DNA from: a virus
Virus record (IMG/VR): IMGVR_UViG_3300046002_007411
Coordinates: 1 to 64,000 of that record
Direction: 5' to 3' (one strand)
Length of the DNA: 64,000 nt
In this document: positions 38,688 to 48,739 of the stretch, in pieces
Layout: each line of letters opens with the position of its first letter
Position numbering within the stretch: the first letter of the stretch is position 1
The notes under the pieces: generated by a model
Told to the model about the DNA's origin: nothing
The model's input: the letters and a program-made list of their open reading frames with translations, nothing else
Database searches by the model: none
Program-made: the position numbers and the translations under genes

Positions 38688-39599
38688 TCAACTAGATTGT
38701 CCAGCTTTGTGTATTTGCATGCTGAGATATCTCCACATGAAAGTTGCCGCTGCCAAACTGGTAATCTCACTGTGATCATATGCCGGAGCAACTTCCACAC
38801 AATCCATGCCTACTAAATTTAAAACATGCATGCAGTCGATAAACTCATCAACCCACATGCTAGTCAATCCGCCTATCTCGGGAGTTCCTGTCCCTGGAGC
38901 ATAAGCAGGGTCTAGGACATCAATGTCCAGGGTAAAATAACAGGGCGTGTCGCCAATACGCTCTAGAATACTAGCAAATAATTCGTAAGGCTGCGCCCTC
39001 ATGGCTGATCTAGCTGAAATGGTCAAGCCACCTTGAGTGTTCAACCAAAATCTTGTGGGATTGTCTGCAGGACTTCTTACACCAATACTCACTGTTTTTT
39101 CAGGATCTATTAGTCCTTCTTCAATGGCATTACGCAACCAAGTACCATGTCCCTGAGGCTGACTGCCATGACGTTGCCAAGTATCACAATGTGCATCCAA
39201 ATGCACACACGCTAGACGCGGATAGCGATGATGCATGCCGCGTAAAATACCCAAAGTCACACTGTGGTCACCGCCCATGGCAACTACGTGATGTTCAGCT
39301 GCATGCAGTTGTAAAATCAACTGCTGTATTTCAGTCAATGTTACTGCAAGATTGCCCGTGCTGAGATTGGCGTCGCCAAGATCAGTTAGGTTCTGGGTAA
39401 CATCAACAGGCCAATCATCACAAACCCCATCAACTAAATGTAAACTGCTATGCCTTATAGCAGCAGGAGCCATGCGTGCACCGGGTCTATGGCTTGTTGC
39501 ACAATCACTGGGCAAGCCCACAACCACGAAAGCTGTTTGTGGTTGCTGACTGGTCCAACTGCGCAAAAATGTGCGTATGCCCGGGAAAGTTAAAGTCAC
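38688..39599 (-). CDS. speB: agmatinase (ureohydrolase family)
   Basis: RPGAR.AP, GGDHSVT, HLDAHCD, DIDVLDP..APGTGTPE.GG, EVAP.YD. Confidence 0.85.
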   Translation of the reverse strand: MTLTFPGIRTFLRSWTSQQPQTAFVVVGLPSDCATSHRPGARMAPAAIRHSSLHLVDGVCDDWPVDVTQNLTDLGDANLSTGNLAVTLTEIQQLILQLHAAEHHVVAMGGDHSVTLGILRGMHHRYPRLACVHLDAHCDTWQRHGSQPQGHGTWLRNAIEEGLIDPEKTVSIGVRSPADNPTRFWLNTQGGLTISARSAMRAQPYELFASILERIGDTPCYFTLDIDVLDPAYAPGTGTPEIGGLTSMWVDEFIDCMHVLNLVGMDCVEVAPAYDHSEITSLAAATFMWRYLSMQIHKAGQSS

Positions 39600-39928
39600 T
39601 GAATAATACCCGACCTACGTGGCAAAGCAATAGTGCTGGTGCTTTGGGTATAATTGTCTTGCATGGCTTGAGCTGATTTTACTAACGTGGTGATGTGGTC
39701 TCGATTTAAACTGACGTTTTGATCCCAATCAGCCCCTAAAACAAACCCCGGTGCCATGCCAATAGCTACTTTTTGTGTTTGTGGATCCATGGTCAAATCA
39801 ACTATAAGAGGCTTGGCCAGCGTAACTGTAGTAGCATCTTGCGCATGCAGTTTGCCGATAAGCTCAACTCCACTTTGTAGTTTAATAGATACTATTGAAC
39901 CAATATCAGTTGGTGCAGTTATTAACAT
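39596..39928 (-). CDS. Sm-like fold phage protein
   Basis: IVSIKL.SG.ELIGK...L.KP; Y...TS.I C-terminus. Confidence 0.6.
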   Translation of the reverse strand: MLITAPTDIGSIVSIKLQSGVELIGKLHAQDATTVTLAKPLIVDLTMDPQTQKVAIGMAPGFVLGADWDQNVSLNRDHITTLVKSAQAMQDNYTQSTSTIALPRRSGIIQ

Positions 39929-39939
39929 TTTGTTTTCCT

Positions 39940-40821
39940 TTATACAAAGTTTGCACTTAAATCTACCAAACCAAATCCGTTGTTGGGCTGACATCTCACA
40001 TCATTTACCATGGTCATAACACATTCACGATTGGTTCTTGGACGATTACTAGTTCCTGCATAACTTACATGAATCCAATGGCTGGGGCTGGCACGGCCGC
40101 CCCCAGTACGCCATTCTAAAATAAGTTGATCAAAAGGTGTGTTGTCCTTAATCCACTGAGCTATAGTAAAATACTGTCGCTTATCTGTTTTACTAAACAC
40201 CAAGTCCGCAGCCTGTCCTTTTGCATGTTGATTAGTTGCATAGTATCGTGGAGGATCGTTGGCCCTAAATGTATTTGTAACCCGCATGTCGGGAAATTTA
40301 TCAATAACAATGTCTAGGACATTTATGGCTAAAAGTTTCAAGTTAGCAACTATTTGCCCTTGTGTTAGTCCACCAAAATCTCGTGTTTGATGTTGAAAAT
40401 CCACAAATGGTTTAAGTGTAAGTTGTCCCAAAGTAAACCTACGACTTAACTGTAAGGTTCCAGGGAAACTAGTTGAGTTTTCTACCCCACCTGTGTCATT
40501 ACCAAATGTTGGCGTATTGGGAGGTGGCTTGGTATCACTTGCACCGAGACCTTGTTGAACATTTGCAGCTTGATCAACTTCTTGTTGGCTGATAAGTCCT
40601 TTACTCACAAGTTCTTTTTGATATTGTTGAGCTGCAACAAGGCTTTCAGGTGTTCCAGCGCCATCAATATGGCAGCCTTGAAATAAAGCTTGAGTGAGTT
40701 GATCAGTTCCCACATTGTTGCTTTGTGGAATTTGCCACAAAGCAACAGGCACTTGATTTACCCAAGTATCAGGACTGTAGTAAACATCTTGTCCCTTGTA
40801 GCTAGGCGGATTTAACGGCAT
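39940..40821 (-). CDS. peptidase M15 family (peptidoglycan hydrolase)
   Basis: NQHAKGQAAD and WIHVS Zn motifs, FDQLILE; late promoter and AGGAG SD. Confidence 0.85.
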   Translation of the reverse strand: MPLNPPSYKGQDVYYSPDTWVNQVPVALWQIPQSNNVGTDQLTQALFQGCHIDGAGTPESLVAAQQYQKELVSKGLISQQEVDQAANVQQGLGASDTKPPPNTPTFGNDTGGVENSTSFPGTLQLSRRFTLGQLTLKPFVDFQHQTRDFGGLTQGQIVANLKLLAINVLDIVIDKFPDMRVTNTFRANDPPRYYATNQHAKGQAADLVFSKTDKRQYFTIAQWIKDNTPFDQLILEWRTGGGRASPSHWIHVSYAGTSNRPRTNRECVMTMVNDVRCQPNNGFGLVDLSANFV

Positions 40822-40841
40822 ATATGTCTCCTTTTAGATAT

Positions 40842-41126
40842 TTACTGGTGATTTTCCTGACGGTCCATGCCAGTAAAATACTGTTCTAGTTCTTCGGCAC
40901 CGCCAATATGTTGCCCGTCCAACCAAATTTGTGGAACAGTCCGGGCATCAGGGTAACGTTCTAGAAGACTTTCACGAGTTGTCACTTGCTGATTTTCAGC
41001 AAGCAGGTTAGGATCACCGCCAATAATGTATTCTTGATAGCTGATATTGTGTTGGGCCAAAAGTTTCTTGGCCAAGTTGCAGTGTTTGCATGTTTTTTTG
41101 GTGTAGATTTCTGCTTGATATTCCAT
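40842..41126 (-). CDS. glutaredoxin
   Basis: IYTK..CKHC, TVPQI, IGG. Confidence 0.92.
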   Translation of the reverse strand: MEYQAEIYTKKTCKHCNLAKKLLAQHNISYQEYIIGGDPNLLAENQQVTTRESLLERYPDARTVPQIWLDGQHIGGAEELEQYFTGMDRQENHQ

Positions 41127-41214
41127 AATCACCAGCATACAGTCTGTGACAAGAGATATCAATATCGTATGTAAATAAATACACTGCAACATTCAATCAG
41201 GCAGCAGAGATCAC

Positions 41215-42615
41215 ATGGCCAATATCGCAATTCCCAATCTTCCCAGTTTAAGTATTGTAACTGATCCTGATTTACTGATCATTAACTCAGGTGGACTATC
41301 ACGCAAAACAACAGTAAGCAACTTTTTATCCAATGTGCGTGCTGATTTGACTTCCATAAGCGTGAGCTTGAACAACAAAGTCAATGCCACTAATACCACA
41401 GTTATCAACAGCTTGACAGCCAGTGTTATACAGCTTAATCAAAACCTTGTCAGCAACAGTGCAGCACTGGCCCAACAAATTAGTGTGGTAAATGTCAGCT
41501 TGGGTAACTCTTTAACTGCCAGTGTTAATACCTTGAACCAAGCTATTATCAGCAACAGCAGCATATTGGCACAACAAATCAACAGTGTCAATGCATATGT
41601 GTTAGGGGTAGGGGCCGCGGCAGTAAGTGCGCTTAATCAAGCTATTATCAGCAACAGCAGCATATTGGCACAACAAATCAACAGTGTCAATGCATATGTG
41701 TTGGGATATACTGATGCAGCAGTTAGCACACTTAATCAAGCTATTGCCAGCAACAGCAGTGTGCTGGCTCAAAGTATAACCACAGTAAGCACCACTTTGG
41801 GCAGTGTAAGTGGCAGCGTTACGACCTTGAGCACGAGTGTCAACGGGCTTAATAATACCTGGAGCGTGAAACTTGACAGCAATGGCTACATAAGCGGCAT
41901 TACCAGTGTAAACAACGGCAACATTGCCAACATTGTGATTAATGCCGACAACTTTTTTGTCAGCAAGGCAGGTGCAAATGGCAACGTAGCTGCATTTAGT
42001 ATTGATACACTAGCCAATCCACCAACTTTAACGTTCTTGGGAAAAATAAGTGCTGGTAGTATTGAAAGTGGCAGCATAAGCACCGCCAATATTTACATAA
42101 GTGCGAATACCACGCCCAGTGCCAACTATTTTGCTATTGAAGGAACCAATCAAAGACTAACAGTAAGAGATGGCCAGAACCGCGAGCGTATACGTCTGGG
42201 GTACTTGAGTAATAATGCACCAGGCACAGATCCTGGTAACTATGGATTGAACATTTACGACACAACTGGCAATATCATTCTGGGAGCAAATGGACTGGGT
42301 AATGCTGTTGTTTATCCTGCAAACATGCCCTTGGGAACTACCACAGTGGCATATGGCGCGTGGGCAGGTAGCGGAAATGTGGCGCTTAACCCAGACCCTA
42401 CAGTATATCAAATAGCCAGCTTCAATGTTAATGTGCAAGCAAGTGGGGAGGGTGTTCTCATTCTCAGCAGCGGACTTTTCAACAGTTATTTGGCCAATCT
42501 GGTTACACCTACACCTACGCCGCCACCGCCACCTAGCCCACCGCCACCCACACCCGAGCCTCCTTTCATACCGCCGCAGGAATATTATGGCGGTGAAGGT
42601 TCTGGCGGCAACTGA
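41215..42615 (+). CDS. tail fibre / host-specificity protein (coiled-coil repeats + DUF1983-like) with poly-Pro C-terminus
   Basis: 33-aa repeats; WSVKLDSNGYISG...INADNF; RIRLG.L.....YGL.I.D. Confidence 0.7.
   Translation: MANIAIPNLPSLSIVTDPDLLIINSGGLSRKTTVSNFLSNVRADLTSISVSLNNKVNATNTTVINSLTASVIQLNQNLVSNSAALAQQISVVNVSLGNSLTASVNTLNQAIISNSSILAQQINSVNAYVLGVGAAAVSALNQAIISNSSILAQQINSVNAYVLGYTDAAVSTLNQAIASNSSVLAQSITTVSTTLGSVSGSVTTLSTSVNGLNNTWSVKLDSNGYISGITSVNNGNIANIVINADNFFVSKAGANGNVAAFSIDTLANPPTLTFLGKISAGSIESGSISTANIYISANTTPSANYFAIEGTNQRLTVRDGQNRERIRLGYLSNNAPGTDPGNYGLNIYDTTGNIILGANGLGNAVVYPANMPLGTTTVAYGAWAGSGNVALNPDPTVYQIASFNVNVQASGEGVLILSSGLFNSYLANLVTPTPTPPPPPSPPPPTPEPPFIPPQEYYGGEGSGGN
41539..41702 (+). 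repeat. 99-bp-period tandem repeat (65 bp identical)
   Basis: caagctattatcagcaac...gcatatgtgtt at 41539-41603 and 41638-41702. Confidence 0.9.
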
Positions 42616-42637
42616 TAGCTAATTTCAAGGATTAAAA

Positions 42638-42862
42638 ATGACAGTTACCCTTACATTACGACGTAGAAATCCTGACAACACAGTGACCAATCTAAGTGTA
42701 TTGACTACAACTAGTTCCACTTTGCTACCTACGTCTTTTACTTTGACAGATTACCCCCCTCAACTGGGAGTTAATTCCTATGAACTCGTAGCCACTAGTG
42801 CCGACAGTGATAGAATTCAATACTACAATGTCAATCTATCAGGATTATGGGTTCGCCGATAA
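42638..42862 (+). CDS. small beta-rich protein resembling a tail-fibre C-terminal half-domain
   Basis: TLTLRR...FTLTD.PP..G..SYEL...LSGLWVRR; AAGGA SD. Confidence 0.6.
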   Translation: MTVTLTLRRRNPDNTVTNLSVLTTTSSTLLPTSFTLTDYPPQLGVNSYELVATSADSDRIQYYNVNLSGLWVRR

Positions 42863-42880
42863 AATTCATATAATGTCGGC

Positions 42881-44710
42881 ATGGACATAGAAACTGCATG
42901 GGATTTATACAAGAATAACAACTGGCAATCAGCCTGGGAGATCTGTCAAGATCTAGTAGACAAAAACGCACAGCATGCAGACGCATGGCATATTGGCGGT
43001 GTTTGTTTACGTAACTTAAAACAAACTACCACAGCACAAAAATGGCTGATGCATGCAGTGCAACTATTACCGCAAGCGTGGGAACCTTGGTATAACCTAG
43101 CCTTGGTCTATCAAGACACACAACAATGGCCCAACAGTTTGCAAGCATGCAAGCAAGCTGAACAGTTTTATCAGCAAGACACCCGAATACAAATCTGCAA
43201 ACTTATTAACTTGATTCATCTTGAAGATCTCAACACATGGCAGGATGTCTGGCAGAATATCAAAAATCTTGACACTACATTTGGTTGGGATTTAGTTGCC
43301 AATGCCTGTGAGCAACAACAACACTATGACCTTGCACAACAAGTTTACGATCAGCTTATAATACGCGAACCCCAGCAGGCTCTTTGGTGGAATAATCGCA
43401 GCAGTGTTTGTTATAAACAAAACAACGTTTCTCAAGCTCTGCACGATGCTCTGCAGGCAAATCTTCTGGATCACACTCAGGGCTGGCACAACATGGCTGT
43501 GGCATGGCAAGCAGTAAAAAACCTAGACATGAGCTTGCAATGTTATTCACAAGCGTTGCAACACAATCCTTGTGCTAGTGAAACTTGGAACAATCGCAGT
43601 GTGATTTTCCACGCACAAGGAAAAACCACAGAGGCTATACAAGATGCCAATCGCAGCTTGGAAATTGATCCTCGCAACATAGCAGCTAGAAACAATCGTG
43701 GCACGTATTTTCTTGACATCATGAACTATGTTGCTGCGTTACAAGACTTTCAACAAGCAGCAACTTGGGCACCTGATAATCGCGATGTGGCTTTTAATCA
43801 TAGCATAGCTTTGTTTAAAACCCACAGTTGGCAACAAGCATGGTGTTATTGGGAACATCGGGAGATCCCACAAGTTTTATCACAAGATATTCCTGTGTAT
43901 AACGGGCAACAAATATTAAGCAACAAAAAGATTGCTGTAATACATGAACAAGGTTACGGCGACAGTATTCAGTTTGCTAGATATATCCAATGGCTGAAAA
44001 AGCAAGGTGCGCAAACTCATGTAATAATTCCTCAGCCCTTGCATAGATTATTTCAAGGACTTCCGGGGTGTGATCATATACAAGAACAGCTTCCGGGACC
44101 TGGTGATGTGGATTATCAAGTTGCCATGATGAGTATTCCCCATTGCATGAGCAGCCAATGGGACTTCCAAGCGCAACACAACAGCTATTTTCAATTAGAT
44201 GCGGACAACCTTCTCATGTGGCGGCCTGCCCGTGCAAAAACTCCACGTTTACAAGTGGGGATTGCTTGGCGTGGTAATCCTGATCACAAAAATGCCCGCA
44301 ATAGAAATATTAACTTGCAGTCACTGGAACCACTGTTTCAGTTGCCTTGTGATTTCCATGTGTTACACACCGATACTACCAGTCAGGAGCAAGACATTAT
44401 CGGGAAATATCACAACGTATCTATATTACCTGAACCTATAAAAGATTTCAGTGACACAGCAGCAATAATACACTATTGCGATTTAGTAATCTCAGTGGAT
44501 ACCAGTGTGTTACACTTGTCTGGTGCTTTGGCCAAAAAGTCTTGGGCGTTATTGCCTTACAACAGTTGTTGGCGTTGGGGGCATCACGAGGCTAAAACCT
44601 CCCCGTGGTATTGCGACATGACGCTTTACCGCCAGTCGCAGCCACAGGACTGGACTGGCGTTGTAAAGACAGTTACATGGGACTTACTGACCTTATTAAA
44701 TGGCAGGTAG
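42881..44710 (+). CDS. TPR-repeat protein with C-terminal GT9-like glycosyltransferase
   Basis: TPRs; EQGYGDSIQFARY, VGIAWRG, DFSDTAA, ISVDTSVLHLSGAL, WRW, SPWY. Confidence 0.9.
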   Translation: MDIETAWDLYKNNNWQSAWEICQDLVDKNAQHADAWHIGGVCLRNLKQTTTAQKWLMHAVQLLPQAWEPWYNLALVYQDTQQWPNSLQACKQAEQFYQQDTRIQICKLINLIHLEDLNTWQDVWQNIKNLDTTFGWDLVANACEQQQHYDLAQQVYDQLIIREPQQALWWNNRSSVCYKQNNVSQALHDALQANLLDHTQGWHNMAVAWQAVKNLDMSLQCYSQALQHNPCASETWNNRSVIFHAQGKTTEAIQDANRSLEIDPRNIAARNNRGTYFLDIMNYVAALQDFQQAATWAPDNRDVAFNHSIALFKTHSWQQAWCYWEHREIPQVLSQDIPVYNGQQILSNKKIAVIHEQGYGDSIQFARYIQWLKKQGAQTHVIIPQPLHRLFQGLPGCDHIQEQLPGPGDVDYQVAMMSIPHCMSSQWDFQAQHNSYFQLDADNLLMWRPARAKTPRLQVGIAWRGNPDHKNARNRNINLQSLEPLFQLPCDFHVLHTDTTSQEQDIIGKYHNVSILPEPIKDFSDTAAIIHYCDLVISVDTSVLHLSGALAKKSWALLPYNSCWRWGHHEAKTSPWYCDMTLYRQSQPQDWTGVVKTVTWDLLTLLNGR

Positions 44711-45796
44711 TTCCTGATAGTTGATTTGATCGCCCATTACGCCCACAATGTAGTTTGTGCTTTCGGATTCTTGCAAAGCTGTTTGCTTTTTATCAGTCTC
44801 CACATGCTTGTTGAACCAAGGAATAGGAGTGGTTTTAGGGCTGGGAGTTGCGTAGCGAATACCAATGTCTTTTAGAGATTGATTGGCTGTGAAGTCCACA
44901 AAATCTTTGAGAATAGCAGCGTTCAACCCAATAACTGGACCTTTCTTAAACAGATAGTCAGCCCAGTCTTTTTCCTCTTGTATGACATCCAAGTAAAGTT
45001 TATAAACTTCTCCTTGGCATTCTTCTCGTGCCTGTGCAAATCTTGCATCTTCTTTCACAAGCTGATTGATTATCCAAGCTGTCCAACCCTTGTGCAGCAG
45101 TTCATCTTGTAGAATCAAACTAATGATGTTGCCATTGCCCATGAAGATTTTGTTTTCCACCATGGCAAGACTTGTGGCAAAACTTACCATAAACCTCAGT
45201 GCTTCCAGCGCATAGCTTGCATGCAGTGCCATCCAAATGGCGCGAATATGTTCTGCTTCGCTAACTGGCAGCCCCAGCTCTTTTTTGCAGTTGAGTAAAT
45301 GTAGATCATCATAATATCCGCCCACACTGCTGGCCATGTCCACGATTTCCTGCGTGTCATGAATGGTATTAAACACATCCTTGGGCACATTGTAGATGTT
45401 TCTAATGATGTGACTGTAGCTTTTGCTGTGTAGATTGGTTTCAAAAAAGCCCCAGTTATACATGATAGCTTCCAGCTCGGGGATACTGCACACTGGCGTA
45501 AACACCTGAGTAGGTGCTCGCCCCTGCAAGCTGTCTAGTGCAGTTTGCCTTAGCAAGTTGCTGGTGAAAATATGCTTGACTGCGTCACTGGCATTTTTGA
45601 AATCTGCTGCGTCTTTTGTAAGATCAATTTCTTCAGGAACCCAAAAGAATCCACGAGCTGTGAGTTCAAAGTCTGCTATGCGCTTGTATTTCACCTCTTC
45701 AAAACGTTGAATAGTTACTGGACCCTGAGGATCCAGAAACATTTTCCTAGACAAATAATCAGTTGTAGTGGAAAGGTTGTATTGCTGTTTGCTCAT
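44696..45796 (-). CDS. nrdB: ribonucleotide reductase class Ia beta subunit
   Basis: FFWVPEEIDL, LDSLQGR, ETNLHSKSY, LEALRF, DELLH. Confidence 0.96.
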   Translation of the reverse strand: MSKQQYNLSTTTDYLSRKMFLDPQGPVTIQRFEEVKYKRIADFELTARGFFWVPEEIDLTKDAADFKNASDAVKHIFTSNLLRQTALDSLQGRAPTQVFTPVCSIPELEAIMYNWGFFETNLHSKSYSHIIRNIYNVPKDVFNTIHDTQEIVDMASSVGGYYDDLHLLNCKKELGLPVSEAEHIRAIWMALHASYALEALRFMVSFATSLAMVENKIFMGNGNIISLILQDELLHKGWTAWIINQLVKEDARFAQAREECQGEVYKLYLDVIQEEKDWADYLFKKGPVIGLNAAILKDFVDFTANQSLKDIGIRYATPSPKTTPIPWFNKHVETDKKQTALQESESTNYIVGVMGDQINYQELPAI

Positions 45797-45806
45797 GTGT
45801 TTTTCC

Positions 45807-48140
45807 TCAAAGCTTGCATGCGTCACAATCCGAATCATCAATATCTTCAATGTCAGTTGCAAGCGGTTGTTGCTCAGGTTCTTGAGCGGTTTTACTGCCT
45901 TGTTTGTTTACCAAACTGTAATACAAGGACTTCAGCCCCCATTTGTGTGCTAGCATCAAGTTGCGTGCAACAAGTGTGGCAGGTATTTTTCTCTGTGGAT
46001 AATGTGCAGGGTTGTAAAAGGTATTTGTGCTAATGGATTGATCAACATACGCAGCAAGCACAGCAGATGTTTTCAGGTAATCCACGCAATCTTTTTGTTC
46101 CCACATGAGTTGATAACGATTTTTCAAACGTTGATATTCCGGAACAACTTGTGTGAGACTGCTGGCACGACTTTCCTTTGTGGTGATCAAGCTCATGGGC
46201 ATTTCAATGCCGTTTGTGCTGTTAATGGCCACACTGCTGCTTTCCACAGGTGCAATAGCCATTAATGTGGCATTGCGCACGCCATGTTCCAGCATTTGCT
46301 GACGCAGGGGTTCCCAATCTAGTTCAGGTTGAAAATCTGTTAGTTCATTTACACCGGGATTTCTACGTTCCCAGGGAAACACACCTTTACCGTAATATGT
46401 TCTAGAACTGTTTTCGCAACTGCCGCGCTCGCGTGCAAGTTCCACACTGGCTTCTGTCAAATAATAAGCTTGATGTTCCATCCAGCTTTTGACTTCTGCC
46501 AAAGCTTCTGTTGTACCATAGCGGAAGTTTCTCTTGGCATGCCAGTAGGCAAGGTTAGTAACACCAATGCCCAAGGGCTGTATTTCTTTATTGCTTAGTT
46601 CACTTTGCACACTGAGATAGTCTTGATAATCCAAGATGTTACACAGGCTGCGATGCAGGATTCTGCATGCACGGCGCATGTCTTCGGGATTACGGAAACT
46701 GCCCCAGTTCATGCTGCCCAAGGTGCAAAGAGCAATGCGCCCGTTGGCATCGTCGAGACGCTGAAAGCTTTTTGTGGGTAGGAAAATCTCCATGCACAAG
46801 TTGCTTTGATATATAGGATCTACACGAGTATCAAAACTGCCTTGCTTTTGCACATTATCAATATATGCAAGATAAATCCTGCCAGTATCAGTGCGTTCTT
46901 TGAGAATACCGCCACGGAATACTTCATCAGCACTCATTACTTTTTTGCGCAGATCACTGCGTGACTCATATTCCACATAAAGCTTTTCAAACTCATCGCT
47001 GTCACGATAAAATGCTTCATATAGATCAGGCACTTGGTTGGGATCAAAAAATGTGATGTTTTGTTTGTCGCGGAATCTACGCCAAAAGAAAGCACTCAAT
47101 ACCACACCGTAGTCCATGTGACGCACACGAGTTTCTTCAGTGCCTTGATTGTTTTTCAACACAATCAAGTCATCAAACTGATAGTGCCAGATGGGATAAA
47201 AGATAGTTGCGCTGGCGTTGCGTATTCCGCCTTGACTGCATGAACGCAAGTCACCAAACCATTTCTTCAAAAACGGCACAACACCAGTGTGCATGATTTC
47301 GCCACCGCGAATCTCGCTGCCCAGAGGTCGCATGCGTCCCATTTCTAGACCAATGCCTGCACGCTTGCTGGCGTATTTGGCCATCATTTCGCCACTGGCG
47401 AAAATGCTGTCGAGATTGTCGTCGCTGCGAATCAGCACACAACTGCTGAACTGTTTGGTAGGTGTGCCCAAGCCTGCCAGCACAGGTGTTGCTAGTGTGA
47501 ATAGGCCATCGCTTGCGCAATTGTAATATTCGCGAATATATCGCAAGCGTGCATTTTCCGGACCTTCACGATGAAACACCGTGGCGGCTGCAATAATATA
47601 GCGCACTTGTGGTGTTTCGTAAACTTGCCGAGTTGCGCGATTGCGAACTAGATATTTGTCGATAAGTTGTTCGATGGCAGCATAACTGTAGCTTTCATCC
47701 TTGCTGTGATCAAGCATGTCATTCATTTTGTCCCAGTCGTCTTGACTATACCATTCAAGAAGTTCTGGTGTATATAGCCCTAAAGCTACATTTTTCTTGA
47801 CAATGTCCACAAGATGCGGTGGTTCATACCCACCATACACGTCTTTTCTCAGCATGCTGACTCGATGCTTGCCAGCAACATACTGATAGTTCACATGTGC
47901 TAAATCAGGATCTTGCTCTACGTCAATCAAGTTGACTATTGCACGTAATGTGACCTCGTCAATTTCCTTGGTGGTAATCCCATCGTAAAACTGTGGTTGA
48001 GCACGAATTTCAATCATGCTTTGGCTCACATCACTTATCCCACGACAGATTTTGCCAATCTGCGCTTGCCATTTTTCAATTAATAGTGGTTCTCTCTTGC
48101 CGCTTCTTTTAATAACATTTATTTGTTTCATTGACGTCAT
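45807..48140 (-). CDS. nrdA: ribonucleotide reductase class Ia alpha subunit
   Basis: ATP cone, QFSSCV, SNLCME, APVESSS, KSLYY, C-terminal CDAC. Confidence 0.97.
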   Translation of the reverse strand: MTSMKQINVIKRSGKREPLLIEKWQAQIGKICRGISDVSQSMIEIRAQPQFYDGITTKEIDEVTLRAIVNLIDVEQDPDLAHVNYQYVAGKHRVSMLRKDVYGGYEPPHLVDIVKKNVALGLYTPELLEWYSQDDWDKMNDMLDHSKDESYSYAAIEQLIDKYLVRNRATRQVYETPQVRYIIAAATVFHREGPENARLRYIREYYNCASDGLFTLATPVLAGLGTPTKQFSSCVLIRSDDNLDSIFASGEMMAKYASKRAGIGLEMGRMRPLGSEIRGGEIMHTGVVPFLKKWFGDLRSCSQGGIRNASATIFYPIWHYQFDDLIVLKNNQGTEETRVRHMDYGVVLSAFFWRRFRDKQNITFFDPNQVPDLYEAFYRDSDEFEKLYVEYESRSDLRKKVMSADEVFRGGILKERTDTGRIYLAYIDNVQKQGSFDTRVDPIYQSNLCMEIFLPTKSFQRLDDANGRIALCTLGSMNWGSFRNPEDMRRACRILHRSLCNILDYQDYLSVQSELSNKEIQPLGIGVTNLAYWHAKRNFRYGTTEALAEVKSWMEHQAYYLTEASVELARERGSCENSSRTYYGKGVFPWERRNPGVNELTDFQPELDWEPLRQQMLEHGVRNATLMAIAPVESSSVAINSTNGIEMPMSLITTKESRASSLTQVVPEYQRLKNRYQLMWEQKDCVDYLKTSAVLAAYVDQSISTNTFYNPAHYPQRKIPATLVARNLMLAHKWGLKSLYYSLVNKQGSKTAQEPEQQPLATDIEDIDDSDCDACKL

Positions 48141-48212
48141 ATAAGTGATGCCTTTCACAGTAGATTATAGACAGTGGTGCCTTGCTTACGCAAGGCATGT
48201 AAATTCCGATGT

Positions 48213-48710
48213 TTAAACTGGCACAGGTAGGTATTTTTCTAAGTCACAGCGCCAACGATTCTGTAAAATAACATTGTTTCGTGGTAGTTGCCAAGATTTA
48301 ATCTTGCGGTATTCCCATCCTATCAACCATGTGTTTGCAATGCAAACTGCCAGTTGTTCTTGATGCTGCTGTGTGTCACGCAGCAATAAAAGTTCCAAAT
48401 CATGAGGTTGCCAACGTGAGTCTTGGGACAATGCACAGGTATAAAACATACCCAAACTCACGCTGTTCTCATCAAAATCACCTTGATCTAAAAGCTGCCA
48501 GGGATTGGGCCAAGTGCCAAGTTGACTGTAATCTAAAACACGAGGTTTTAGTGGAGCCAAACTCCAAAAATCAACAATCTTTTCCAGCCAATCTTGATCT
48601 GAAAGATCTGGTGTCAACTCTCGACGTAATTTTTTCCAAGATGACAATCTGTGCTCACTTCCTTGCACAAAGTCTACTTGACTCCAGGAAGTGCCGTTAA
48701 CAACTGACAT
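48213..48710 (-). CDS. conserved phage hypothetical protein
   Basis: RL..WK.LR, FWS.AP, WP.PWQL pattern. Confidence 0.65.
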   Translation of the reverse strand: MSVVNGTSWSQVDFVQGSEHRLSSWKKLRRELTPDLSDQDWLEKIVDFWSLAPLKPRVLDYSQLGTWPNPWQLLDQGDFDENSVSLGMFYTCALSQDSRWQPHDLELLLLRDTQQHQEQLAVCIANTWLIGWEYRKIKSWQLPRNNVILQNRWRCDLEKYLPVPV

Positions 48711-48739
48711 GTTTATTTCTCTTGGCAACTGCGGTTGGA

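Noticed and set aside
33213-48140. Introns, inteins or a gene-60-type bypass in topoisomerase and nrdAB
   Set aside because: All are continuous ORFs of normal length.
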